From assembly GCA_902790375.1 (NCBI GenBank), contig CADARY010000049.1:5963-29962 (forward strand): a stretch of 24,000 bases of DNA, in the 5' to 3' direction. This DNA is from Oscillospiraceae bacterium (GTDB taxonomy: Bacteria; Bacillota; Clostridia; Oscillospirales; Oscillospiraceae). The translations under genes were made by a program, and so were the position numbers. The notes under the pieces are model-generated. The model had not been told where the DNA came from. It saw only the letters and a program-made list of their open reading frames with translations, and made no database searches. Positions within the stretch are counted from its first letter, which is position 1. Every line of letters starts with the position of its first letter. Positions 1-7,488 of the stretch are shown in pieces.

Positions 1-615
1 TCCCAGGGCATCCGCGACACCTTCGTGAAGGAAGCCGAAGCCAAGGGCGTTTCCGTTGTCTATGAAGGCACCTTCACCGACGCCACCTCCACCGACTTCA
101 ACGTCCAGCTCACCGCTGCCCGCGACGCCGGCGCTGACCTCCTGTTCCTGCCCATCTACTACACGCCCGCTTCCGTTATCCTCCAGCAGGCCAACCAGAT
201 GGGCTACAAGCCCACCTTCTTCGGTGTGGACGGTATGGACGGCATCCTGACCGTGGAGAACTTCGACACCTCCCTGGCCGAGGGCGTTTACCTGCTGACC
301 CCGTTCTCCGCTGACGCTGAGGACGCCCGCACCCAGGCCTTCGTTGCCGAGTACCAGAAGCGTTACGGCGAGATCCCCAACCAGTTCGCCGCTGACGGCT
401 ACGACGCCGTGTACATCATCAAGGCCGCTCTTGAGGCTGCCAACTGCACGCCCGACATGTCCCCCGCTGACATCTGCGAGGCTGTCATCCCTGTGATGAC
501 CACCCTGAAGGTCGACGGCGTGACCGGCGAGGGCATGACCTGGGCCGCCACCGGCGAGGTCTCCAAGGCCCCCATGGCCATCGTCATCAAGGACGGCGCT
601 TACGTCACCCCGTGA
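1..615 (+). CDS. Branched-chain amino acid ABC transporter substrate-binding protein (LivJ/LivK family), C-terminal part; 5' end lies outside the window
   Basis: Frame 1 is open from base 1, so the tracked M at 25 is an internal GTG. The sequence is typical of type I periplasmic binding proteins (FLPIYYTPASVILQQANQMGYKP, DGYDAVYIIKAALEAA). It sits directly upstream of livHMGF. Confidence 0.85.
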   Translation, partial: SQGIRDTFVKEAEAKGVSVVYEGTFTDATSTDFNVQLTAARDAGADLLFLPIYYTPASVILQQANQMGYKPTFFGVDGMDGILTVENFDTSLAEGVYLLTPFSADAEDARTQAFVAEYQKRYGEIPNQFAADGYDAVYIIKAALEAANCTPDMSPADICEAVIPVMTTLKVDGVTGEGMTWAATGEVSKAPMAIVIKDGAYVTP

Positions 616-662
616 TCTGAGCGCGCAGCTTTAAGAACAACTTACGCAAACCCAAAACCACA

Positions 663-692
663 GGCTTCCCGGGGCGCATGCCCCGGGAAGCC
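663..692 (+). other. Perfect 13-bp GC-rich stem-loop after the binding-protein gene (intercistronic hairpin)
   Basis: ggcttcccggggc (663-675), loop gcat, gccccgggaagcc (680-692). There is no adjacent U-run, so it is more likely an mRNA stabiliser or partial attenuator than a full terminator. Confidence 0.6.
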
Positions 693-719
693 AAAACCGT
701 ATTTTCTGCCTTGAAAAAG

Positions 720-745
720 AGCGCGGAAACAGGCGATTCCGCGCT
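720..745 (+). other. Second intercistronic stem-loop (9 bp)
   Basis: agcgcggaa (720-728) pairs with ttccgcgct (737-745). It is followed by gctttcc, a weak U tract. Confidence 0.5.
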
Positions 746-783
746 GCTTTCCAAGGCAGAGACAATTAAGAGAGGTGTATCCT

Positions 784-1662
784 ATGAAGTTTCTGGCCTA
801 TCTGGTCAGCGGAATCTCCCTGGGCAGTATCTACGCCATCATTGCCCTGGGCTATACGATGGTCTACGGCATCGCCAAGATGCTGAACTTTGCCCATGGC
901 GACGTCATCATGGTCGGCGGCTATATCTCCTTCCTGGCCGCTACGAATCTGGGCCTGCCGGCGCTGCTGTCCGTACTGGTCGCGATGGCGTTCTGCACCG
1001 TGCTCGGCATCCTGATCGAGGGGCTGGCCTACCGTCCGCTTCGCTCCGCGCCGAGTCTTGCCGTTCTCATTACCGCCATCGGCGTAAGCTATTTCCTTCA
1101 GAACGCCGCCCTGCTGATCTTCGGCGCAAACCCCAAGGCATACACCCCTGTCGTCAGCGGCACGCTCAAGCTCTTTGGCGGTCAGCTTTCCATCTCCTAT
1201 GTCTCCCTCGTCACAGTGGTCTGCTGCATCGTCATCATGCTCGCCCTCACCGCCTTTACCGGTAAGACCAGAATGGGCAAGGCCATGCGCGCCTGCTCCG
1301 AGGATAAGGGCGCGGCCCAGCTCATGGGCATCAACGTCAACCGCACCATCTCCCTGACCTTTGCCATCGGCTCTGCGCTGGCGGCGGTCGCGGGGGCTCT
1401 GCTGTGCTCCTTCTCGCCCACCCTGATGCCGACCACCGGCTCCATGCCCGGTATCAAGGCCTTCACCGCCGCCGTCTTCGGCGGCATCGGCTCCATTCCC
1501 GGCGCTTTCATCGGCGGTATTCTGCTGGGTGTGATCGAGGCTCTGAGCCGTGCGTATATTTCCACGCAGCTTTCCAATTCCATCGTCTTTGCGGTGCTGA
1601 TCATCATCCTGCTGGTGCGCCCGGCGGGCCTTATGGGCAAGCGCACGCAGGAGAAGGTCTGA
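784..1662 (+). CDS. livH: Branched-chain amino acid ABC transporter permease LivH
   Basis: Tracked ORF 775-1662. The preferred start is ATG 784, 8 nt after the RBS aagagagg (768-775). The protein is a multi-TM permease with the LivH-type N-terminus MKFLAYLVSGISLGSIYAIIALGYTMVYG. Confidence 0.9.
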   Translation: MKFLAYLVSGISLGSIYAIIALGYTMVYGIAKMLNFAHGDVIMVGGYISFLAATNLGLPALLSVLVAMAFCTVLGILIEGLAYRPLRSAPSLAVLITAIGVSYFLQNAALLIFGANPKAYTPVVSGTLKLFGGQLSISYVSLVTVVCCIVIMLALTAFTGKTRMGKAMRACSEDKGAAQLMGINVNRTISLTFAIGSALAAVAGALLCSFSPTLMPTTGSMPGIKAFTAAVFGGIGSIPGAFIGGILLGVIEALSRAYISTQLSNSIVFAVLIIILLVRPAGLMGKRTQEKV

Positions 1663-1674
1663 GGAGGTGCCGAT

Positions 1675-2757
1675 ATGAATATGAAACGCTACTTCAAGGA
1701 TGCGCGCGCCGATCTGCTGACCTATGCCGGCGTCATCATCGCCTTCCTCGTCATCTCCGCCATGAAGGGCAACGGCATGCTCAACCGCTCCCAGACGGGT
1801 CTGCTGGTCCCGATCTGCTGCTACATCGTCATGGCCGTGTCCCTGAACCTCACGGTGGGCATCCTGGGCGACCTGTCCCTCGGCCATGCCGGCTTCATGA
1901 GCGTCGGCGCCTTCAGCGGCGTCATCACCGCCATGGGACTTATGAACGTGATCCCCTCCGCCCCCATGCGCCTCGCGCTGGCGATGGTCGTGGGCGCGCT
2001 CTGTGCCGCAATCGTGGGCTTTCTCGTCGGCATTCCGGTTCTGCGCCTCAACGGCGACTATCTCGCTATCGTGACGCTGGCCTTCGGCGAGATCATCAAG
2101 GAGCTCATCACCTGCCTCATCGTGGGCGTGGACTCCAAGGGCCTGCATGTGATTTTCAACGTCAACGGCAGCAAGACCGCCAATGACCTGACCCTCCTCG
2201 ACGGCGGGCGCATCATCATCAAGGGCGCGCAAGGGGCCACAGGCACCAAAACCATCGCCACCTTTACCGCCGGCTTTATCCTGATCATGATCACCCTCGT
2301 CATCGTACAGAACCTGGTGCGCAGCCGCCACGGCCGCGCCATCATGGCTGTGCGCGACAATCGCATTGCGGCCGACTCCGTGGGCATTCCCGTGACCAAG
2401 TACAAGATGATGGCCTTTGTCACCAGCGCCTCCCTGGCCGGCGCCGCCGGCGCCCTGTTCGGCCTGAACTACTCCAACCTCGCCGCGGCGAAGTTTGACT
2501 TCAACACCTCCATTCTGGTGCTGGTGTTTGTGGTGCTGGGCGGCCTCGGCAATATCTGGGGCTCCATCATCGCCACCGTCATCCTCTATATCTTGCCTGA
2601 GGCGCTGCGCGGCTTCTCCACCTACCGCATGCTGATCTACGCGATCGTGCTGATTGTCGTCATGCTGACCACCAACAACCCCATCCTCAAGAACTACTTT
2701 GCTTCTCTGCGCAGCAAATTCGGCAAGAACAGCGAGAAGGAGGCGAGCGCATCATGA
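1675..2757 (+). CDS. livM: Branched-chain amino acid ABC transporter permease LivM
   Basis: 360-aa polytopic membrane protein. RBS gaggagg lies at 1661-1667. Its position in the livHMGF order supports the call. Confidence 0.9.
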   Translation: MNMKRYFKDARADLLTYAGVIIAFLVISAMKGNGMLNRSQTGLLVPICCYIVMAVSLNLTVGILGDLSLGHAGFMSVGAFSGVITAMGLMNVIPSAPMRLALAMVVGALCAAIVGFLVGIPVLRLNGDYLAIVTLAFGEIIKELITCLIVGVDSKGLHVIFNVNGSKTANDLTLLDGGRIIIKGAQGATGTKTIATFTAGFILIMITLVIVQNLVRSRHGRAIMAVRDNRIAADSVGIPVTKYKMMAFVTSASLAGAAGALFGLNYSNLAAAKFDFNTSILVLVFVVLGGLGNIWGSIIATVILYILPEALRGFSTYRMLIYAIVLIVVMLTTNNPILKNYFASLRSKFGKNSEKEASAS

Positions 2758-3626
2758 GTGAACCCAAAAAACGCCGGGCCGGGCTGGAAAGCGTCTCCCC
2801 GGTCGTCCCGGTACAGACCACCTATTATGTGCCGGAACGCGACGTGGACAAGTCGCCCATTCTCCAGTGCATCAATCTCGGCATCTCCTTCGGCGGTCTG
2901 AAGGCGGTGGAGGACTTCAACCTCACCCTCGGCCGCACCGAGATCGCCGGCCTCATCGGCCCGAACGGCGCCGGTAAAACCACGATCTTCAACCTTCTGA
3001 CCAAGGTCTACCAGCCCACCCACGGCACCATTCTCCTGGACGGCAGGGACACCGCCAACATGACCACCGCTCAGGTCAACCGCGCCGGTATCGCCCGCAC
3101 CTTCCAGAATATCCGCCTTTTCCACAACCAGACCGTGGCGGACAACGTCCTCATCGGGCTGCACAATGAGATGGACTACGGCATGCTCGGCGGCATCCTG
3201 CGTCTGCCCGGCTACTGGCGTGCCGAGAAGATCGCAAGAAACCGCGCGATGGAGTATCTGGCCCTGTTCCATCTGGAGCAGCACGCGGACGAGCTGGCGG
3301 GCTCCCTGCCCTACGGCGCTCAGCGCCGGCTGGAGATCGCCCGTGCTCTTGCGACGAACCCGTCCCTCCTGCTGCTGGACGAACCGGCGGCGGGCATGAA
3401 CCCCTCCGAGACCGCGGAGCTCATGGAGAACATCGTCAAGATCCGCGACACCTTCCACATCGCCATTCTGCTCATCGAGCATGATATGAGCCTTGTCATG
3501 AATATCTGCGAGGGCATCGCCGTGCTGAACTTCGGCCGCCTGATCGCAAAGGGCAATGCCGAGGCCATCCGCAACGATCCCACCGTGGTCGAGGCCTATC
3601 TCGGCAGAAAGGGGGCCAAGGAATAA
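2754..3626 (+). CDS. livG: Branched-chain amino acid ABC transporter ATP-binding protein LivG
   Basis: Walker A GPNGAGKTT, signature LPYGAQRRLEIARAL, Walker B LLLLDEPAAG. The start overlaps the livM stop as ATGA. There are about 30 extra N-terminal residues relative to typical LivG. Confidence 0.9.
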   Translation: MSEPKKRRAGLESVSPVVPVQTTYYVPERDVDKSPILQCINLGISFGGLKAVEDFNLTLGRTEIAGLIGPNGAGKTTIFNLLTKVYQPTHGTILLDGRDTANMTTAQVNRAGIARTFQNIRLFHNQTVADNVLIGLHNEMDYGMLGGILRLPGYWRAEKIARNRAMEYLALFHLEQHADELAGSLPYGAQRRLEIARALATNPSLLLLDEPAAGMNPSETAELMENIVKIRDTFHIAILLIEHDMSLVMNICEGIAVLNFGRLIAKGNAEAIRNDPTVVEAYLGRKGAKE

Positions 3627-4327
3627 TGCTCAAGGCAGAGGATCTGAATGTATACTACGGCCCCATCCACGCCGTCAAGGGCGTGAGCTTTGAGGTCAAC
3701 GACGGCGAGGTCGTCACCCTCATCGGCGCAAACGGCGCCGGCAAGTCCACCTCGCTCAAGACCGTCTCCGGCCTGATGCGCAGCCGCGGCGGCAAGATCG
3801 AATTTATGGGCAAGAGCATTGCCTCCACCCCGGCCCACAAGATCGTGGAGCTGGGCATCGCCCACGTGCCCGAGGGGCGGCGCATCTTCACCAGCATGAC
3901 CGTGGAGGAGAACCTGGACATGGGCGCCTTTACCGTGCGCGGCGGCAACATCGACGCCGACAAGGAGCGCGTGTTTGAGCAGTTCCCCCGCCTCAAGGAG
4001 CGCCGCAGGCAGATCGCCGGCACTCTCTCCGGCGGCGAGCAGCAGATGCTGGCCATGGGCCGGGCCCTCATGTCCCACCCGAAGCTCCTCATGCTGGACG
4101 AGCCCTCCATGGGCCTCGCGCCGATTCTGGTGGAGCAGGTGTTTGACATCATCAGCGCCCTGCACAAGGCGGGCACTACCATCCTGCTGGTGGAGCAGAA
4201 TGCGGAAATGGCGCTCTCTATCGCAGACCGCGCCTACGTCATGGAGACGGGCCGCATCACCCTCAGCGGCACCGGCAAGGAGCTGGCCGCCAGCGAAGAG
4301 GTGCAGAAGGCCTATCTCGGCGGCTGA
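3626..4327 (+). CDS. livF: Branched-chain amino acid ABC transporter ATP-binding protein LivF
   Basis: Walker A GANGAGKST, signature LSGGEQQMLAMGRAL, Walker B LLMLDEPSMGL. The start abuts the livG stop (TAATG). Confidence 0.92.
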   Translation: MLKAEDLNVYYGPIHAVKGVSFEVNDGEVVTLIGANGAGKSTSLKTVSGLMRSRGGKIEFMGKSIASTPAHKIVELGIAHVPEGRRIFTSMTVEENLDMGAFTVRGGNIDADKERVFEQFPRLKERRRQIAGTLSGGEQQMLAMGRALMSHPKLLMLDEPSMGLAPILVEQVFDIISALHKAGTTILLVEQNAEMALSIADRAYVMETGRITLSGTGKELAASEEVQKAYLGG

Positions 4328-4349
4328 GAAAACAGAATCATGTATTACA

Positions 4350-4376
4350 GGGAACGGCACACGCCGTTCCCCTTTT
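4350..4376 (+). terminator. Rho-independent terminator of the liv operon, between convergent livF and sigG
   Basis: gggaacggc (4350-4358), loop acac, gccgttccc (4363-4371), then cTTTTaatt. It overlaps the sigG stop codon on the other strand. Confidence 0.75.
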
Positions 4377-5151
4377 AATTCCCAAGCTCCTTTTTGATCC
4401 TGCGGATCGCGTTCTTTTCGAGTCTCGAGACCTGGGCCTGGGAGATGCCGACGCATTTGGCCACCTCCATCTGGGTGCGCCCGTCATAAAAGCGCAGGGC
4501 CAGGATACGCTTTTCCCGCTCATCCAGGCGCTTGACGGCCTCCTCCAGCGCGATCTGCTCCAGCCAGTGCTCGTCGGTATTGCGGCTGTCGCCGATCTGA
4601 TCCATGACGGTGGCGTTCTCTCCGCCGTCGGAATAGATGGGATCATAGAGGGATACCGGGTCTGTGATGGCCTCGAGAGCGAAGACCACCTCCTGCCGCC
4701 GGATGCCGAGGCTTTTGGCGATCTGCTCCACATCCGGCTCCCGCCCGGTCTCGGCGGTCAGCTTCTCCTTGGCCTGCAGCACCCGGTAGGCGGTGTCCCG
4801 CATGGAGCGCGACACCCGCACCGCACTGTGGTCCCGCAAAAATCGCCGCAGCTCCCCGGCAATCATGGGAACGCCGTAGGTGGAAAACTGGACGTTCTGG
4901 CTCAGGTCGAAGGCGTCCACGGCCTTGATGAGACCGATGCAGCCGACCTGAAAGAGGTCGTCCATGCTCTCGCCGCGGCCGGAGAATTTCTGGATCACCG
5001 ACAGCACCAGCCGGAGGTTGCCGGCAATCAGCGCCTGGCGCGCCTCCCGGTCGCCGCCCCTGGCTTTTTCCAGCAGCGTGCGCGTCTCGGCGGCTTTGAG
5101 CACCGGCAGCTTCGCCGTGTTCACCCCGCAGATCTCGACCTTCCCCAGCAT
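4375..5151 (-). CDS. sigG: Sporulation sigma factor SigG (forespore sigma-70 family)
   Basis: The N-terminus KVEICGVNTAKLPVLK, then NLRLVLSVIQKF, DDLFQVGCIGLIKAVDAFD, FSTYGVPMIAGELRRFLRD and GISQAQVSRLEK closely follow B. subtilis SigG as I recall it. I prefer ATG 5151, with AAAGGAG 11 nt upstream, over the tracked GTG 5163. Confidence 0.9.
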   Translation of the reverse strand: MLGKVEICGVNTAKLPVLKAAETRTLLEKARGGDREARQALIAGNLRLVLSVIQKFSGRGESMDDLFQVGCIGLIKAVDAFDLSQNVQFSTYGVPMIAGELRRFLRDHSAVRVSRSMRDTAYRVLQAKEKLTAETGREPDVEQIAKSLGIRRQEVVFALEAITDPVSLYDPIYSDGGENATVMDQIGDSRNTDEHWLEQIALEEAVKRLDEREKRILALRFYDGRTQMEVAKCVGISQAQVSRLEKNAIRRIKKELGN

Positions 5152-5185
5152 GAAAAACACCACTCCTTTTTGAAAGAGTGGTGTT

Positions 5186-5214
5186 AGTATTTCCCGCCCC
5201 GGGAAATTTCATGC
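5186..5214 (-). promoter_or_regulatory. Candidate forespore (sigma-F/sigma-G type) promoter of sigG
   Basis: The minus strand reads GCATG-N15-GGAAATACTA, about 27 nt upstream of the sigG ATG. As I recall them, the B. subtilis sigma-F consensus elements are -35 GCATR and -10 GGnnAnAHTR. The spacer holds an inverted repeat, atttcccg/cgggaaat. Confidence 0.5.
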
Positions 5215-5269
5215 AGAGGTATGGAGGACGTTCTGGAAGCAAACGCAAAAATGGCCATTTTTGACCACT

Positions 5270-5320
5270 TTTGCATTTGAAAGTGAAAAATCGGTGCATC
5301 AAATGCAAATTTGCATTTGA
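5270..5320. repeat. Three copies of the 11-mer TTTGCATTTGA; two of them form a perfect 22-bp palindrome
   Basis: The palindrome tcaaatgcaaatttgcatttga spans 5299-5320. An identical half-site tttgcatttga lies at 5270-5280. Confidence 0.8.
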
Positions 5321-5330
5321 GTGCAAGTAG

Positions 5331-5358
5331 CCCCGAAGCCGTTGATAAAGCTTCGGGG
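5331..5358 (-). terminator. Stem-loop downstream of the RelE-family toxin gene (probable terminator; weak U tract)
   Basis: ccccgaagc (5331-5339) pairs with gcttcgggg (5350-5358). The structure starts 9 nt after the toxin stop codon. Confidence 0.45.
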
Positions 5359-5366
5359 AGAGATGG

Positions 5367-5693
5367 TTACTTTGTCAAATTGGCAATTCTGCGCTCGGCT
5401 TCGCGGTAAACGGCATCGTCATCACGGATGGAAATGACAATTACCTTCATGACATTTCCTTCCCGGACAAGACCATACACAACACGATAACCCAGATCGC
5501 GCAGCTTGATTTTATAATAGCCGCTGAGATTTGCAGCCGCATGATTGCCGAGAGGTTTTCCGACCCCATCCGGCGGTGACAATGGGCGCTGTGCTGTCTT
5601 TTCGATTGCTTTAAGGATGATCCGGCGATTATTAGCATCAAGCTTCTGCAGATCCCGTTGGGCTTCTTTGATGTATTCGATCTTCCAGTTCAT
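5367..5693 (-). CDS. Type II toxin, RelE/StbE(ParE) superfamily
   Basis: 108 aa. It overlaps the upstream antitoxin stop by 4 nt (ATGA). The sequence pattern is typical of RelE-like toxins (KIEYIKEAQRDLQKLD...YYKIKLRDLGYRVVYGL...VIVISIRDDDAVY). Confidence 0.8.
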   Translation of the reverse strand: MNWKIEYIKEAQRDLQKLDANNRRIILKAIEKTAQRPLSPPDGVGKPLGNHAAANLSGYYKIKLRDLGYRVVYGLVREGNVMKVIVISIRDDDAVYREAERRIANLTK

Positions 5694-6019
5694 TCCTCGA
5701 TCTCCACATCAATGGCGTCCAGTTCATCCTGGGTAATGCCGAGGCTTTGCATCATTTCCTCATGGCTCAAATTCTGCGTATCGTCGTTCATGGCCATGCG
5801 CTGTTCCGCCTCAGCCAGCAGGAGAGAATCAGAGAGCATTTCGATCATGGACTCGTACTGCTCCGGTGAGAGAAGAACACAGGCCGGACGATTGTTCTTC
5901 ATCACGATCTTGGGGCCGCCTATCTGCACCTCATCAAATATTTTGTTGGCTTCACCCTTATTGAAACGGGTAATGGGTACAATTTTCTTCATCATTCCCA
6001 ACGTAGAAAGCTGATCCAT
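5690..6019 (-). CDS. Type II antitoxin, Phd/YefM-like
   Basis: 109 aa. RBS gaaggaggg lies 6 nt before ATG 6019. The core VPITRFNKGEANKIFDEV...GPKIVMKNNRPACVLLSPEQYESM is Phd/YefM-like, followed by an acidic C-terminal tail. Confidence 0.75.
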   Translation of the reverse strand: MDQLSTLGMMKKIVPITRFNKGEANKIFDEVQIGGPKIVMKNNRPACVLLSPEQYESMIEMLSDSLLLAEAEQRMAMNDDTQNLSHEEMMQSLGITQDELDAIDVEIEE

Positions 6020-6053
6020 TGCGAGCCCTCCTTCACATTGTTCTCATGCTTAT

Positions 6054-6080
6054 ATTATATGCAACAGCAAATCATGTCAA
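6054..6080 (-). promoter_or_regulatory. Sigma-A type promoter for the Phd/RelE operon
   Basis: The minus strand reads TTGACA (6075-6080), then either N15-TATAAT (6054-6059) or N17-TAATAT. It lies about 35 nt upstream of the antitoxin RBS. Confidence 0.6.
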
Positions 6081-6134
6081 GAATATATTTGTAAATTTCA
6101 CGATATATTTATAGATAAAATGTGAGACTGCTAA

Positions 6135-6169
6135 CAAAAACCCGAAGCACATAAGCGATGGCTTCGGGT
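6135..6169 (-). terminator. Rho-independent terminator after the XRE gene
   Basis: acccgaagc (6140-6148) pairs with gcttcgggt (6161-6169). On the minus strand the hairpin is followed by TTTTTG (plus-strand A-run 6135-6139). Confidence 0.75.
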
Positions 6170-6381
6170 CAATTTTGAACTTCATCGGGGAGATGAAGAA
6201 CGACATCTGAAAGATCACACTGGAGAATCTTGCACAGCGCGTCCAGGGTATTTGTTGAGACAGAATCTCCGGCTTTGAGGCGGCGAATCGTGGAGCTGCT
6301 GATCTGACCTTTGACTTGCAGCGTATAGGTTGTTGCACCGCGTTCCTTCATCGTCTTCCACAACGGATCGTAAGAGATCAT
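6169..6381 (-). CDS. XRE/Cro-C1 family helix-turn-helix transcriptional regulator (70 aa)
   Basis: Typical short-HTH pattern: LWKTMKERGATTYTLQVKGQISSSTIRRLKAGDSVSTNTLDALCKILQCDLSDV. RBS gggaggg lies 6 nt before the ATG. Confidence 0.8.
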   Translation of the reverse strand: MISYDPLWKTMKERGATTYTLQVKGQISSSTIRRLKAGDSVSTNTLDALCKILQCDLSDVVLHLPDEVQN

Positions 6382-6406
6382 ACAGCACCCTCCCTTCTCA
6401 AAGCAC

Positions 6407-6434
6407 TTGCATTATCATCATTATTGCCTATAAT
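6407..6434 (+). promoter_or_regulatory. Sigma-A promoter for the 103-aa ORF
   Basis: TTGCAT (6407-6412)-N16-TATAAT (6429-6434). Confidence 0.6.
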
Positions 6435-6461
6435 GGTGGTGAAGTGTTATAGGCAATAATG
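6419..6461. promoter_or_regulatory. Perfect 15-bp inverted repeat (candidate XRE operator) overlapping the -10 box
   Basis: cattattgcctataa (6419-6433), 13-nt spacer, ttataggcaataatg (6447-6461). It lies in the divergent XRE / 103-aa ORF intergenic region. Confidence 0.65.
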
Positions 6462-6486
6462 TCTATATAGAATAGGAGTGCTATCT

Positions 6487-6798
6487 ATGGAGAAGAGTGG
6501 AAGCGTCTGCTTTATTCGATACCCGCGAACGATCGGCGATCTGATGCAACCGCACTTATTTGAAAAGGAACAGGAATACCGGATCGTGAAAACAATCGAG
6601 CTGGGAAAGATGGACTATGAAAACTTCATCACGGACATGCTGGCCGATCGTCAGTTTATTGAGGACAATGCAGCGCTGTGCTCGCGGGGCGAAGTCTGGC
6701 AATGTCTCCTGATCCGACAGCGCGGATGCAGAGAAGGGGTATTGGTGATGCCGGAGAACGGATGTTTTGTCTGCTGGGCAGCTCGCTTTCCGGGATAA
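6487..6798 (+). CDS. Hypothetical 103-aa protein, unknown function
   Basis: AGGAG (6474-6478) lies 8 nt before ATG 6487. The motif EVWQCLLIRQRGCREGVLVMPENG resembles small proteins I associate with Firmicutes mobile elements, but I cannot verify a family name. Confidence 0.6.
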   Translation: MEKSGSVCFIRYPRTIGDLMQPHLFEKEQEYRIVKTIELGKMDYENFITDMLADRQFIEDNAALCSRGEVWQCLLIRQRGCREGVLVMPENGCFVCWAARFPG

Positions 6799-6807
6799 AA
6801 CTTTCCC

Positions 6808-6836
6808 TTGCGAATATGATAATATTGTGATAGAAT
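6808..6836 (+). promoter_or_regulatory. Sigma-A promoter for the Phd/ParE operon
   Basis: TTGCGA (6808-6813)-N17-TAGAAT (6831-6836), about 30 nt upstream of ATG 6866. Confidence 0.55.
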
Positions 6837-6865
6837 TTTGATAGCGACAGAAAGGAGGGCGCATT

Positions 6866-7138
6866 ATGCTGAACATTCGCCCGGTATCGGATTTGAGAAA
6901 CAAATACCCCGAGATCGAAGAAGCTGTCTTGAAAAGCGGGGAGCCGGTCTTCCTGACAAAAAACGGCTATGGCTCCATGGTCGTCATGAGTCTGGAGCAA
7001 TATTCCGCCCTGACAGACGGGATCGAGCTTGCCTTGGATGAAGCGGATCGCGCGGCGGTTTCTTCCGATGTCCGCTATTCTGCCGACGAAGTATTTGGCC
7101 GCATAAGGAAGAATATCTATGGAAGAAAAGCGCTATGA
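6866..7138 (+). CDS. Type II antitoxin, Phd/YefM family (90 aa)
   Basis: MLNIRPVSDLRNKYPEIEEAVLKSGEPVFLTKNGYGSMVVMSLEQYSAL is a canonical Phd/YefM N-terminal domain. RBS aaaggaggg precedes the start. Confidence 0.85.
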   Translation: MLNIRPVSDLRNKYPEIEEAVLKSGEPVFLTKNGYGSMVVMSLEQYSALTDGIELALDEADRAAVSSDVRYSADEVFGRIRKNIYGRKAL

Positions 7139-7433
7139 GCTGAGAATCCTTCCGCTTTTTGAAGAGAAGCTCCAGGAAACGGCTGACTATATCGCGTTTC
7201 GCCTGCGCAATCCAATTGCAGCCGAGGATTTCGTTGATGCTGTGGAGGCGGCCATTCTTGAACGCCTGAAAGCGCCCGAGGCTTTTGAGCCGTACCGGTC
7301 AAAGAAAGATCGCAAGTATGTATATTATGCTATCCCGGTCAAGAACTATCTCGTGTTTTATGTGGTAATCGGACATGTGATGGAAGTGCGAACGCTTGTT
7401 TATGGCAGACGTGATCTGACCAAAATCATATAA
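7119..7433 (+). CDS. Type II toxin, RelE/ParE superfamily (104 aa)
   Basis: It overlaps the antitoxin by 20 nt. The size and pattern (YELRILPLFEEKLQETADYI...YYAIPVKNYLVFYVVIGHVMEVRTLVYGRRD) are typical of ParE/RelE-fold toxins. Confidence 0.8.
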   Translation: MEEKRYELRILPLFEEKLQETADYIAFRLRNPIAAEDFVDAVEAAILERLKAPEAFEPYRSKKDRKYVYYAIPVKNYLVFYVVIGHVMEVRTLVYGRRDLTKII

Positions 7434-7439
7434 TAGTAC

Positions 7440-7486
7440 CGGCCCGAATCCGAGGAAATCAAGCTCTCGGATTCGGGCCGATTTTT
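7440..7486. terminator. Bidirectional rho-independent terminator (15-bp stem)
   Basis: cggcccgaatccgag (7440-7454) pairs with ctcggattcgggccg (7466-7480), followed by aTTTTTc. It lies between the convergent ParE gene and the 58-codon ORF. Confidence 0.85.
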
Positions 7487-7488
7487 CT

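Noticed and set aside
766-2331. Long antisense or overlapping ORFs in the track: 766-2331 (-), 2694-3482 (-), 3596-4456 (-), 8089-9261 (+), 10890-12845 (-), 11983-13179 (-), 12920-13849 (+), 14070-15281 (+), 15712-16758 (+), 19572-21509 (+), 22747-23970 (+) and others.
   Set aside because: These are typical stop-poor shadow frames of high-GC genes. They are Arg/Gly/Ala/Asp-rich low-complexity translations opposite or overlapping well-supported conserved genes, with no RBS or start context.
2754-2850. An N-terminal extension of about 30 aa on LivG, as a possible mis-called start or extra domain.
   Set aside because: The ATG at 2754 overlaps the livM stop (ATGA coupling). No downstream in-frame start has an RBS. 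This is probably a lineage-specific disordered extension and is not noteworthy.
5323-5331. 8-mer caagtagc at 5323-5330, with its reverse complement at about 7942-7949, as possible inverted repeats bounding the islet.
   Set aside because: An 8-nt match is expected by chance in a 24-kb window when both strands are counted. No extended similarity surrounds it.
6140-6169. The terminators at 5331-5358 and 6140-6169 share the stem CCCGAAGC/GCTTCGGG, a possible repeat family.
   Set aside because: Only the 8-bp stem is shared, while the loops and flanks differ. This is likely convergent GC-clamp hairpins. It is worth a genome-wide count but is not evidence of a repeat element by itself.
6072-7000. 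Tracked ORFs 6072-6338 (-), 6556-6903 (-), 6656-7000 (-), 6838-7041 (+) and 5447-5641 / 5545-5736 / 5658-6014 in the islet.
   Set aside because: They overlap better-supported TA, XRE or unknown-protein genes in other frames. They lack an RBS and any recognisable similarity.
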